Shown here piece after piece: positions 39,651 to 48,840 of a stretch of 64,000 nucleotides of DNA. The notes under the pieces were generated by a model that was given only the letters and a program-made list of their open reading frames with translations, did no database searches and was not told where the DNA came from. The first letter of the stretch is position 1. The number at the start of each line of letters is the position of its first letter. Source of the stretch: Candidatus Aminicenantes bacterium (lineage in GTDB: Bacteria > Acidobacteriota > Aminicenantia > Aminicenantales > Saccharicenantaceae); assembly GCA_963736255.1 (NCBI GenBank), contig CAVTOI010000003.1:1300400-1364399 (forward strand). Reading direction: 5' to 3'. A program made the position numbers and the translations under genes.

Positions 39651-39775
39651 CCAAGGCTTCTAATCCCTGCGACTCCCCCAGGAGCGTGTCAGATCGAAGA
39701 TAAAACCGGCTGGATCAAGCGCCGGATGACTTTTATGCCTGAAACGGCCGGGGGCCCCGGGGGGCCCGGAGCGCA

Positions 39776-42226
39776 ATGATGCAGGATTCCAACGAACACA
39801 CCGAGGTCCTCAAGAACATCCCTCTTATACCGCTGAGGGACCTGGTCGTGTTCCCGGCCACCCTCGTCCCCTTCATCGTCGGCCGGTCCTCGTCCATCCA
39901 GGCTCTGGAGAAGGCCGCCGAGAAGGACAAGATGATCTTCCTGGCCGCCCAGATGGACGCCTCGGTCGACAACCCGACCCCCAAGGATATCTACTCGGTC
40001 GGCGTGACGGCCAAGATCATCCGGACGATCAAGAGCGATGACCGGAACATGAAGGTCATCGTCGAGGGCAAGAGCCGGGCCCGGGTCGTCGAGTACCTGA
40101 GCACCTACCCCTTTTACCAGATCCTGGCCAAGGCCATCAAAGAGGTCGACGACCACCTGCCCGAATCGCGGGAGCTGCTGAAGCGGGTCCTGGCCCTCTT
40201 CGAGGACTACCTCAAGCTCAACCAGAACACCAACCTGGATTCGATCATTCCGGCGCTCCGCGAGAATACGCCCGAGCGGATCACCGACATCATCGCCTCC
40301 CACGTCTACATGCCCCTCGAGGAAAAGCAGAACCTTCTCGAGACGGTCAACAGCTTCGAGCGGCTGAGACGGCTCAACTACGTCCTCGAGAACGAGATCC
40401 TGAAGATCCACTCCGCCTACCAGAAGGACCCCAACCGCGCGGCGGCCCGGCGGCGGGGCGCGCTCAAGGACCAGCCGGCCGGACAGAAGCCGTTCCCTCC
40501 GGGAGTGCCGGGCGGGCGGAAAGAAGACCAGCCCAACGAGATCGAAGACCTGCGTCAGAAGGTGGCCAAGGCCAAGATGCCGCCGGACGCCCAGGAGAAG
40601 GCCTATAAAGAGATCGAGCGGCTCGAGTCCATGCCCCCGATGTCGGCTGAGGCCACGGTCAGCCGGAACTACCTCGACTGGCTCATCTCCCTGCCCTGGG
40701 TCAAGAAGACGCGGGAGAAACGGGAGCTCAAGGAAGCCGAGAGGATCCTCAACGAAGACCATCACGGCCTCGACAAGGTCAAGGAGCGCATTCTCGAATA
40801 CCTGTCCATCCGCCAGCTGGTCAAGAATCCCAGGGGCGTCATCCTGGGGCTCATCGGGCCGCCGGGCGTCGGCAAGAGCTCGCTCGGCAAGTCCATCGCC
40901 AGGGCCACGGGCCGGAAGTTCGTCCGGCTCTCGCTCGGCGGCGTCCGCGATGAGGCCGAAATCCGCGGCCACCGGCGGACCTACATCGGCGCCTACCCCG
41001 GCCGCATCATCCAGATGATCAAGCGGGGCGGGACCAAGAACCCCGTCTTCCTCCTCGACGAGGTGGACAAGATGAGCATGGACTTCCGGGGCGACCCGGC
41101 ATCGGCCCTCATGGAAGTCCTCGACCCCGAGCAGAACAGCACCTTCCTCGACCACTACATCGACACCGATTTCGACCTGTCCCAGGTCATGTTCATCGTC
41201 ACGGCCAACCTGATGGACCCCATCCCCAAGCCCCTGATCGACCGGATGGAGATCATCCGCATTGCGGGCTACACGGAGGACGAGAAGCTCGAGATCGCCA
41301 AGCGCTTCCTCCTGCCCAAGCAGCGGGAGGCCCACGGCCTGACCGAGGACAACATCAGGTTCAGCGACCACGCCCTGATGAAGCTCATCCGCAGCTACAC
41401 CCGCGAGGCCGGCGTGCGGAACCTCGAGAGGGAGATCACCACGGTCTGCCGCAAAGTCGTGAAGAAAGTCGTCGAGCAGGGCAAGGACCACAAGGAGCAC
41501 ATCACCCCGAAGAACCTCGAGATCTACCTCGGCATCCCGAAATTCCGGCGCTCGGAGTTCGACAAGAAGGACGAAGTCGGGGTCAGCACGGGCATGGCCT
41601 GGACGGAGTTCGGCGGCGAGCTGCTGCGGTTCGAGGCGACCAAGATCCACGGCAAGGGTACCTTCACGCTGACCGGCCAGCTCGGCGAGATCATGCAGGA
41701 ATCGGCGCAGGCCGCGTTCTCGTTCGTCCGGGGCAAGATCTACGAGCTCGACATCGCCCGCGACCTGCACCGCAACTCCGACATCCACATCCACGTTCCC
41801 GAAGGAGCGACGCCCAAGGAAGGGCCCTCGGCCGGCATCACCATCGCCACGGCCATCATCTCGCTCCTGACCGATATCCCGGTCACCAAGAAAGTGGCCA
41901 TGACCGGCGAGATCACGCTGAAGGGCAAGGTCCTGCCCGTCGGCGGCATCAAGGAGAAGCTCCTGGCCGCCTACCGGGAGGGCATTCGCGAGGCCATCCT
42001 GCCCCGCGACAACGAGCCCGACCTCAAGGACCTGCCCAAGACCATCAAATCGAAGATGACCATCCACCTCGTCGAGACGATGGACGATGTCCTGAAGACC
42101 GCCCTGACCCGCGAGCTGCCGAAGAAGCCCGCCGAGAGCCGCGAAAAGAAGGCGGCCGAGGCGGAGCGGCCCGCCGCCAGGACGGCGGAGGACGAAGCGG
42201 CCAAGGAGCCGCCCCTGACGAACTGA
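39776..42226 (+). CDS. lon: ATP-dependent Lon protease
   Basis: LON N-domain, AAA+ (GPPGVGKSS), protease domain with catalytic Ser ([10 protein letters not shown]) and Lys. Confidence 0.95.
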   Translation: MMQDSNEHTEVLKNIPLIPLRDLVVFPATLVPFIVGRSSSIQALEKAAEKDKMIFLAAQMDASVDNPTPKDIYSVGVTAKIIRTIKSDDRNMKVIVEGKSRARVVEYLSTYPFYQILAKAIKEVDDHLPESRELLKRVLALFEDYLKLNQNTNLDSIIPALRENTPERITDIIASHVYMPLEEKQNLLETVNSFERLRRLNYVLENEILKIHSAYQKDPNRAAARRRGALKDQPAGQKPFPPGVPGGRKEDQPNEIEDLRQKVAKAKMPPDAQEKAYKEIERLESMPPMSAEATVSRNYLDWLISLPWVKKTREKRELKEAERILNEDHHGLDKVKERILEYLSIRQLVKNPRGVILGLIGPPGVGKSSLGKSIARATGRKFVRLSLGGVRDEAEIRGHRRTYIGAYPGRIIQMIKRGGTKNPVFLLDEVDKMSMDFRGDPASALMEVLDPEQNSTFLDHYIDTDFDLSQVMFIVTANLMDPIPKPLIDRMEIIRIAGYTEDEKLEIAKRFLLPKQREAHGLTEDNIRFSDHALMKLIRSYTREAGVRNLEREITTVCRKVVKKVVEQGKDHKEHITPKNLEIYLGIPKFRRSEFDKKDEVGVSTGMAWTEFGGELLRFEATKIHGKGTFTLTGQLGEIMQESAQAAFSFVRGKIYELDIARDLHRNSDIHIHVPEGATPKEGPSAGITIATAIISLLTDIPVTKKVAMTGEITLKGKVLPVGGIKEKLLAAYREGIREAILPRDNEPDLKDLPKTIKSKMTIHLVETMDDVLKTALTRELPKKPAESREKKAAEAERPAARTAEDEAAKEPPLTN

Positions 42227-42296
42227 AACTGCTTTTATTGACCGGATAATCGACCGGAAAATCAACCGGCAATTCCGCTTGGGAGAAAGACCACAC

Positions 42297-43619
42297 ATGG
42301 TGACGAAGAAGAACGAAACGACGGAAACGGCGCCCCTCAACAGGGACTACAACCTCATCGATCTCGAGGCCAAGGACCTTCCGGCCCTGGGCAAGGTCGG
42401 CACCGCGATGGGCGTGCCCGAGGACGAGATCGAGGGGTCGACGAAGCACCATCTTGTCTTCAAGATCCTGGAGGCCCAGGCCAAAAAGCAGGGCCTGCTC
42501 TTCTCGGAAGGCGTTCTGGAGTGCCTCGAGGACGGCTTCGGCTTCCTCCGCGCCCCGGAGTTCAGCTACCTGCCGAGCCAGGACGACATCTACGTCTCGC
42601 CCTCGCAGATCCGCAAGTTCCAGCTGAGGACGGGCGATACGATCTCCGGCGTCGTCCGGGCCCCCAAGAACGGTGAGAAGTACTTCGCCCTCATCAAGAT
42701 CGAGGCCGTCAATTTCCTGCACCCCGACGTCATCATCGAGGAGCGCCGGAACATCCACTTCGAGAGCCTGACGCCGCTCTATCCGTTCGAGATGATCAAG
42801 CTCCAGGACGGCAACCCCAAGAACATGAACGCCCGGGTCATGGAGCTCCTGACCCCCGTCGGCAAGGGCCAGCGCGGCCTCATCGTCTCCCCGCCGCGGG
42901 CCGGCAAGACGACCATCCTCAAGACGATCGCCAAGTCCATCGAGAAGAACCACCCCGAGATCTTCCTCATCGTCCTGCTCATCGCCGAGCGCCCGGAGGA
43001 GGTCACCGACTTCAAGCGCAGCGTCAACGGCGAGGTCGTGGCTTCGACCTTCGACGAGCCGCCGACCCGCAACGCCCAGGTCGCCAATATCGTCCTCGAG
43101 AAGGCCAAGCGCCTGGTCGAGATCAAGCGGGACGTCGTCATCCTGCTCGACTCGATCACGCGCCTGGCCCGGGCCCACAACGCCATCGTCCCGCCCTCGG
43201 GCAAGGTCCTGTCGGGCGGCATCGACGCCAACGCCCTGCACAAGCCCAAGAAGTTCTTCGGCTCGGCCCGCAAGATCGAGGAGGGCGGCTCGCTGACGAT
43301 CCTGGCCACGGCCCTGGTCGACACCGGGAGCCGGATGGACGAGGTCATCTTCGAGGAATTCAAGGGCACGGGCAACATGGAGATCAACCTCGACCGGCGC
43401 CTGGTCGACAAGCGCGTCTTCCCGGCCATCGACATCAGCCGGTCCGGAACCCGGAAAGAAGAGCTTCTCATCGAGGAGAACGACCTCAACCGGATCTGGG
43501 TCCTGCGCAAGGTGCTCAGCCAGATGAACGAGGTCGAGGCCGTCGAGCTCCTCATCGACAAGCTCGGCAAGACCAAGACCAACCAGGACTTCCTCAACCA
43601 GATGACCAAGGGCATGTAG
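42297..43619 (+). CDS. rho: Transcription termination factor Rho
   Basis: RBS GGGAGA then MVTKKNE; CSD RNA-binding domain; Walker A (PPRAGKTT), Q and R loops. Confidence 0.95.
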   Translation: MVTKKNETTETAPLNRDYNLIDLEAKDLPALGKVGTAMGVPEDEIEGSTKHHLVFKILEAQAKKQGLLFSEGVLECLEDGFGFLRAPEFSYLPSQDDIYVSPSQIRKFQLRTGDTISGVVRAPKNGEKYFALIKIEAVNFLHPDVIIEERRNIHFESLTPLYPFEMIKLQDGNPKNMNARVMELLTPVGKGQRGLIVSPPRAGKTTILKTIAKSIEKNHPEIFLIVLLIAERPEEVTDFKRSVNGEVVASTFDEPPTRNAQVANIVLEKAKRLVEIKRDVVILLDSITRLARAHNAIVPPSGKVLSGGIDANALHKPKKFFGSARKIEEGGSLTILATALVDTGSRMDEVIFEEFKGTGNMEINLDRRLVDKRVFPAIDISRSGTRKEELLIEENDLNRIWVLRKVLSQMNEVEAVELLIDKLGKTKTNQDFLNQMTKGM

Positions 43620-44324
43620 GTGTCCGCCGTGCGGACCCTGGGCCTCATCGGCGGCATGACCTGGCACTCGACGGTCGACTACTACGGCTCATCAACCAGG
43701 GCGTACAGGAGCGGCTGGGCGGCACCCACTCGGCCAAGATCGTCCTCCACTCGGTCGACTTTCAGCCCGTCGAGGCATCTGCAGGACAGGGGAGAGTGGG
43801 GGGCTCTCGGCGAGACTGATGGCCGGGCCGCCAGGAGCCTCGAAAGCGCCGGCGCCGAGGCCGTCGTCATCTGCGCCAACACGATGCACCGGCTGGCCGA
43901 CGACATCACGGCGGCCGTGAGGATCCCGCTCATCCATATCGCCGACGCGACGGCCGCGACGGTCAAGGCGGAAGGCCTCAAGACCGTCGGCCTCCTCGGC
44001 ACCCGTTACACGATGGAGATGGACTTCTACCGCGGGCGGCTCGCAGACAAGCACGGCCTGAAGGTGCTCGTGCCCGACGAGCCGGGACGGACGGTCGTTC
44101 ACGACGTCATCTACAAGGAGCTGGCGCACGGCCTCGTGAGGCCGGAATCGCGCCGGGCCTACGTCGAGGTGATCGAGGACCTGGTCAAGCGCGGCGCCGA
44201 GGGCGTCATCCTGGGCTGCACCGAGATCCCGATGCTCGTCGGGGCCAAGGACAGCCCGGTCCCGGTCTTCGACACGACGGCGCTCCATGCCGCGGCCGCG
44301 GTGGATTTCGCCCTTTCAGCCTGA
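43620..44324 (+). CDS. Aspartate racemase-family protein with an internally frame-scrambled segment (~43686..43795)
   Basis: Both catalytic-Cys motifs present ([19 protein letters not shown]). Residues ~23-58 read as [35 protein letters not shown], whereas the -1 frame over the same DNA gives the family-typical [36 protein letters not shown], implying a -1 then +1 compensating indel pair. Confidence 0.7.
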   Translation: MSAVRTLGLIGGMTWHSTVDYYGSSTRAYRSGWAAPTRPRSSSTRSTFSPSRHLQDRGEWGALGETDGRAARSLESAGAEAVVICANTMHRLADDITAAVRIPLIHIADATAATVKAEGLKTVGLLGTRYTMEMDFYRGRLADKHGLKVLVPDEPGRTVVHDVIYKELAHGLVRPESRRAYVEVIEDLVKRGAEGVILGCTEIPMLVGAKDSPVPVFDTTALHAAAAVDFALSA

Positions 44325-44388
44325 GCTTCGCCGAAGGGCCGTCGTCGGCTTGACGAACGGGCTGGGGGGGAATATATCTTAATGAATT

Positions 44389-45336
44389 ATGCTCCTCCAG
44401 GCTAGACGCGCCACTGCTGTCTTCACCCTATCGTTTTCTTGCCTGGTTCTCATATCCGGGGCCAGCCTTGCCCAAGACAGGGGGAGCTTCAGGCCGAACC
44501 TGAGCCTCAAGCTCAGCGCCGGGTATGGCTACGCGGCTATCGGCGATATCAACCGGCATATCAAAGCGTTTGACGATTACATGGCTGATTCCCTTTCGTT
44601 CTACGAGGGCGGGATGATGCGGGGGATCGGGCACATCATTCCGGATTTCGAAGCCGAATTGAGCATCAGGATCAGCCCCCGGCTTGATCTGGCACTAGGA
44701 ACGGGATACATCTCCGGGTCCAGGAAAGACGATTTTCAGACCGTAGGCCGATTCCCGATATTCTTCCAGTTCGACGCTGATGACGTCCTTTATGAATTCG
44801 ACATCGAGCCCAAGGTCAGGGCCATTCCGCTAAAGCTGGGGCTTTACTATTCATGGGCGCTGACTCCCAGGATCGATCTTCTCCTGAACGCCGGGTCGGG
44901 GCTCTACTTCTCAAAAGCCGCCCTGATCAAGAGCAATGATATCCACTATCTGAACGCAAATACGATCCCCGAGATGCCCTACGTTATCAGTCAAGATGAC
45001 GTCAGCGGGACCGGGCTCGGCTTTCACGGCGGCATCGGTCTTGAATACCGATTGACCCGAGGCATTTTCCTGGTCCTCGATGTCCAGGGACGATATGCCA
45101 GAGTCGGAAAGCTCAGCGGCATACGGACCTACGGATTCCTTAACTATCACGTTGACGGGCCCCAGGGAGGAACGGACGAGGGGACCCTCTACATAGGGAC
45201 TAGGGACATGACGGCAGAAGGTTATGGCGACAATTGCCCCGATCTGGCAGTCTCCTCTTCACCGACCATGAAAAGGGCCTCCCTCGACCTCAGCGGGGTG
45301 TCTTTAAGGGCGGGCTTTCGAATCAAGCTCTTCTAG
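44389..45336 (+). CDS. Hypothetical outer-membrane beta-barrel protein
   Basis: Signal peptide; alternating amphipathic beta-strand pattern; C-terminal ...GFRIKLF with terminal Phe (OMP signature); lower-GC 5' region and no clear RBS. Confidence 0.45.
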   Translation: MLLQARRATAVFTLSFSCLVLISGASLAQDRGSFRPNLSLKLSAGYGYAAIGDINRHIKAFDDYMADSLSFYEGGMMRGIGHIIPDFEAELSIRISPRLDLALGTGYISGSRKDDFQTVGRFPIFFQFDADDVLYEFDIEPKVRAIPLKLGLYYSWALTPRIDLLLNAGSGLYFSKAALIKSNDIHYLNANTIPEMPYVISQDDVSGTGLGFHGGIGLEYRLTRGIFLVLDVQGRYARVGKLSGIRTYGFLNYHVDGPQGGTDEGTLYIGTRDMTAEGYGDNCPDLAVSSSPTMKRASLDLSGVSLRAGFRIKLF

Positions 45337-45398
45337 GCCCGGGCCACGTGCTTCCGGATCGCCTTGAGCGATTCGATCAGCTTGGAGGACTGCTCCCT
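45333..45398 (-). pseudogene. Remnant of the 3' end (~21 codons) of a gemA-like gene
   Basis: Minus-strand reading EQSSKLIESLKAIRKHVARA* versus the C-terminus of the 48385..48840 protein ...EASKLIESLKAIREHDARP*; nucleotide identity ~75% with synonymous changes. Confidence 0.5.
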
Positions 45399-45412
45399 CC
45401 CGGCCTATCCTC

Positions 45413-46201
45413 CTACCGGGTCGGGGCGTAGGACAGGTCGGGCCTGTAGCGCCCGGTCTTCGTTTCCGTCCTCCGGATCAGGGCCCGGGTGCGCCTCGAG
45501 AGCGCGGCGCCCGCGTCGCCGAGGGACTTCCAGAATTTTTCTTCGGCCAGGGCGTAGTCCGCGGCGGATTTGCCGTACTCGAACCAGACATAGACCGGCT
45601 CCTCGTTGCCGTAGCCACCCTGATAGGTCATGAAGGGGTCCCGGGCCTTGCGGGCGGCGCTGAGTGAGATCCATTCTTTGTTGAGGCCCTCGAATTCCGT
45701 TTCTTTCCCGGGAACGAGCCAGACGTAATCCCAGGTGTAGTAGCCGGCTTCGGACGGCTTCAGGCGTTCCGGCGAGGGCAAGAAGGAGAGGTCGGTCCGG
45801 AACGTCCAGAATCGGAAGACGCGCTCGAGCTCGGCGGCCGTCATGCGGGCATGGAGCGCCTGGAACCTCGGGAGACCCATCTTCGCGGCCGCCTCCCGCC
45901 AGGCCTGGTGCAAACCGTCGACGGCCCCGTATCCGCTCTCGAGGCCGTAAATGATGTAATAACGGCTGTCATCTGTTGCATAGGTATCGAAGGTAGTTGG
46001 GAAGGCGTTCTCTTTCAAGGCCGTGATGAGGGCCTTCAGGGCGGCCTCATATTCGCCAACTCTGGCCACTTCGACCTGGATATCGGCCATGAGATAGAGC
46101 GGCGGGGGAGGGGGCGGACCGCTTGCGTTCTGAGGGACCGCCATCGTCGCTAAGACCGGAATGAGCGCCAGCAATAAAATCGGGAACGCTGTTCTTTTCA
46201 T
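45413..46201 (-). CDS. Hypothetical secreted protein with two tandem ~80-aa alpha+beta domains
   Basis: RBS GGAGG; signal peptide MKRTAFPILLLALIPVLA; internal duplication (…YIIYGLESGYGAVDGLHQAW… / …VYVWFEYGKSAADYALAEEKFW…); no confident family. Confidence 0.45.
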   Translation of the reverse strand: MKRTAFPILLLALIPVLATMAVPQNASGPPPPPPLYLMADIQVEVARVGEYEAALKALITALKENAFPTTFDTYATDDSRYYIIYGLESGYGAVDGLHQAWREAAAKMGLPRFQALHARMTAAELERVFRFWTFRTDLSFLPSPERLKPSEAGYYTWDYVWLVPGKETEFEGLNKEWISLSAARKARDPFMTYQGGYGNEEPVYVWFEYGKSAADYALAEEKFWKSLGDAGAALSRRTRALIRRTETKTGRYRPDLSYAPTR

Positions 46202-46356
46202 GGGGCCTCCATGCGAACATCCCGCCGGAGAGTCCCCCGGGGGCAGACGAAAGCGTACGATGTTGGCCCCGGCCGGTCAAGCGAGAAGTTTTGGAGATAT
46301 GCATTGTGCCCAGGACCCAGAATATGTAAACTCTGGGGCGACTAAGGAGGGCCGCC

Positions 46357-48174
46357 ATGAGTCGTCGCGCCACCTTCTCTATCGCTCTCGCCTTCGTCTC
46401 CCTGCTCTTCTTCGCCTCCGCCCCGCCCGCCAGCCCTTGGGGTGCCTTCCGCGGCCTCGCCGGGATCAAGGTCACGGACACGCACCAGCAGATCCTGCGC
46501 GCCGCGTACATTCTGTTCATGGCCGATCCGCGCTTTGCCGGAATGAACGGCATCCCGGTCGCCCACGGCATGGTCGCTTCCATCGACAGCGTGATCCAGT
46601 ATGAGGGCGTCGACGCCGCCCTCACCACCTATAAGCCCTACGGCCCCGGCCCCGACGCCGAGGGCGCGACCGTCTACTCGTGCCACTGGTTCAACCCCTT
46701 GACGGGCCGCGGCCAGGCCCCTCAAGCGGCCGCCGATTGGTACCAGCGCTTCATCCAAGCCATCCTGGGCATCTCCGGCGGCGACGAAGAGACCTTCAAA
46801 GGCATGGCTTGGTCGGCCCATTTTCTGGCCGACATGTTCGTCCCCTACCATGTGATCGGCCTTCCTGCCGACGAGGCCCTGGCCAGGTACCGCGCCGGGA
46901 ACTTCATCCTGAGCGATGCCGATGCCGGGCCGCCGTTCCTGACGGACCCCTCCGCCTCACTCTCGCGCAACCCCGAAGGCAGCCTCCTCGACCGGGGCAT
47001 CAATGCCGTCGACGAGTGGCGGCGCGAAGGCTGGGGCGTCAAGTCGAACTTTCGGGAGTCGCTCAAGGTCCTCGAGGCCAGCGTCAAGGCGTCCGGGGCC
47101 GGCCAGCCGGTCAATCCTCTCGACTGGTTCGATCCTTGGTACTGGAACGGGCAGCCGATAGGACTCGACGCCATGATCGATTTTCAGGCGGACCGCAACG
47201 CCGACCCTGGCAGGTCCGTGTTCTCGACCCACGCCTCGCACGAATCCTGGGCCCATGGACGCTTCGTCGAGAGCGGCGGCTACAAGAATAACCGGCGCAC
47301 GATCCTGCCCTATGACGAGCTCTGGAAGAACGGCCCTCCGGATTACGCCTTCGGCGGTGCGGCGTGGCAAGCCCAGGTCTGGCAGGCCCAGGATTTCGTC
47401 GCCAAGTGCGCCCTCAGGACGCGGAAGAACCTCGAGGCCTACTGGCACACTCCGGAATACGCCATCCGCAGCGCGGCCGAGGCCGTCTACACCCTTTGGC
47501 GCTCGGCCTACACGGCGCTCCAGCCGTCCATCCAGATCGGCCGCGATCCCGCCCGGCCGGAGGACGGCCTGGTCATCCAGGCGGCCGTCAAGAACTATGC
47601 CTATGAGAACTGTCATGACGCCAAGCTCCGCATGAAGGTCCTCAAAGGGAGTAACGTCGTCATCCAGCAGGACCAGACGATCGCCCAGCCCCTCTCGAGC
47701 ATTTTCGACGGCCATCAGGCCTGGTTCGTCCGGGTCAACCCGAACGAGGAGTGGACTGTGGTCGTTGAGGTGGTCGGGTCGTTCGACGTCACGCCCGACC
47801 TCCAGTACGGCATCGCGTACGTCAATTATCGCCCCGACCCGACGCAGCGGCAGGCGCGGCCGGTCGAGGAGGCTAGCATCGAGGATTTCGCCGGCACGTA
47901 CATCCTGGGCGATCCGCAGCGGTCGGCCTCGAGCTACAACGGCACGGTCACGTTCGCCGCGGACGGCACCTTCACCTCTTCCGAATTCGTCGACGGGCGG
48001 AGGATGGATGGGCGGGGGAACTGGACCTTCGACCGGCAAGCCCTGAGATTCAGCATCGACTGGCCGGGGGGCGGGGCGTTCCAGGGCTCGGTCAGCGGCA
48101 ATACGACCGACTTTGCGATCGTCGGACATTGGAATAACGGATCGGCCGGGACCCTGCGGATCTACAAGCGATAG
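46357..48174 (+). CDS. Secreted protein with an N-terminal zinc-dependent phospholipase C / P1-nuclease-like domain and C-terminal beta-rich domain
   Basis: RBS GGAGGG; signal peptide; motif AWSAHFLADMFVPYHV resembles the metal-ligand segment (…HYLGDVNQPMHA…) of Zn-PLC; tentative. Confidence 0.4.
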   Translation: MSRRATFSIALAFVSLLFFASAPPASPWGAFRGLAGIKVTDTHQQILRAAYILFMADPRFAGMNGIPVAHGMVASIDSVIQYEGVDAALTTYKPYGPGPDAEGATVYSCHWFNPLTGRGQAPQAAADWYQRFIQAILGISGGDEETFKGMAWSAHFLADMFVPYHVIGLPADEALARYRAGNFILSDADAGPPFLTDPSASLSRNPEGSLLDRGINAVDEWRREGWGVKSNFRESLKVLEASVKASGAGQPVNPLDWFDPWYWNGQPIGLDAMIDFQADRNADPGRSVFSTHASHESWAHGRFVESGGYKNNRRTILPYDELWKNGPPDYAFGGAAWQAQVWQAQDFVAKCALRTRKNLEAYWHTPEYAIRSAAEAVYTLWRSAYTALQPSIQIGRDPARPEDGLVIQAAVKNYAYENCHDAKLRMKVLKGSNVVIQQDQTIAQPLSSIFDGHQAWFVRVNPNEEWTVVVEVVGSFDVTPDLQYGIAYVNYRPDPTQRQARPVEEASIEDFAGTYILGDPQRSASSYNGTVTFAADGTFTSSEFVDGRRMDGRGNWTFDRQALRFSIDWPGGGAFQGSVSGNTTDFAIVGHWNNGSAGTLRIYKR

Positions 48175-48384
48175 AACCGCGATCGCTCGCCGAGCTGGGG
48201 CCGGCACTCCGCCGCAAAATACACGGGCGGAGGTCAACCGCGACCCGCATGAGGCCTCGGGGATGGTCACGACGCTCGTGGGGCGGCGCGCCGCGAACCG
48301 AGAAGGTCATCGACTTCACGCGGTACGACCTCGGCGCCAGGGAGCCCGGCGAGACAGGCCGGAACGGGAGTCTGATAAGCTCTT

Positions 48385-48840
48385 CTAGGGCCGAGCGTCA
48401 TGCTCCCGGATCGCCTTCAGCGATTCGATCAGCTTCGAGGCCTCTTTCCGGTTCAAATGATCGAGGTCCGGGCGCTGATAGTACTTGTGAATGAAATTCG
48501 TCAGGTGCGTTTCTTCCCAGCCGAGCTGGCTGGCCAGGGCCTTGACGAACAGCTTCTGCTTGAGGGTCATGCCGAACGAGTTGGCCCGGAAATAATCGCT
48601 GCGCACGAAGAAGCGCATCATCTTCCGGAACCCGGCCTCGTCGAGGTCCTTGGCGCTCTCGACGTCGGCGATCCTCCTCAGGATGCAGCGGTAATCCGGG
48701 TCGCTGAGCTTGAGCTCCTTCTTGACGACGTGAATGAGGGCCAGCTTCTTCCGGTCGAGTCCGCCCCCGGGCTTTTCCTGGGCGGCGGGCTCCGATGCAG
48801 GCGCCGTCGGCTTCAGCGGGACTTTCGGCTTTTTTGCCAT
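48385..48840 (-). CDS. GemA-like (phage Mu gp16, DUF1018) family protein
   Basis: RKKLALIHVVKKELKLSDPDYRCILRRIADVESAKDL... matches the GemA family core; overlaps the ligD stop by 28 nt. Confidence 0.6.
   Translation of the reverse strand: MAKKPKVPLKPTAPASEPAAQEKPGGGLDRKKLALIHVVKKELKLSDPDYRCILRRIADVESAKDLDEAGFRKMMRFFVRSDYFRANSFGMTLKQKLFVKALASQLGWEETHLTNFIHKYYQRPDLDHLNRKEASKLIESLKAIREHDARP

Noticed and set aside
48113-48388. 91-aa plus-strand ORF ending ...DKLF* overlapping the gemA 3' end
   Set aside because: Arg/Pro-rich sequence with no RBS. Its last 12 nt resemble the end of the OMP gene only because they belong to the duplicated ~80-nt repeat.
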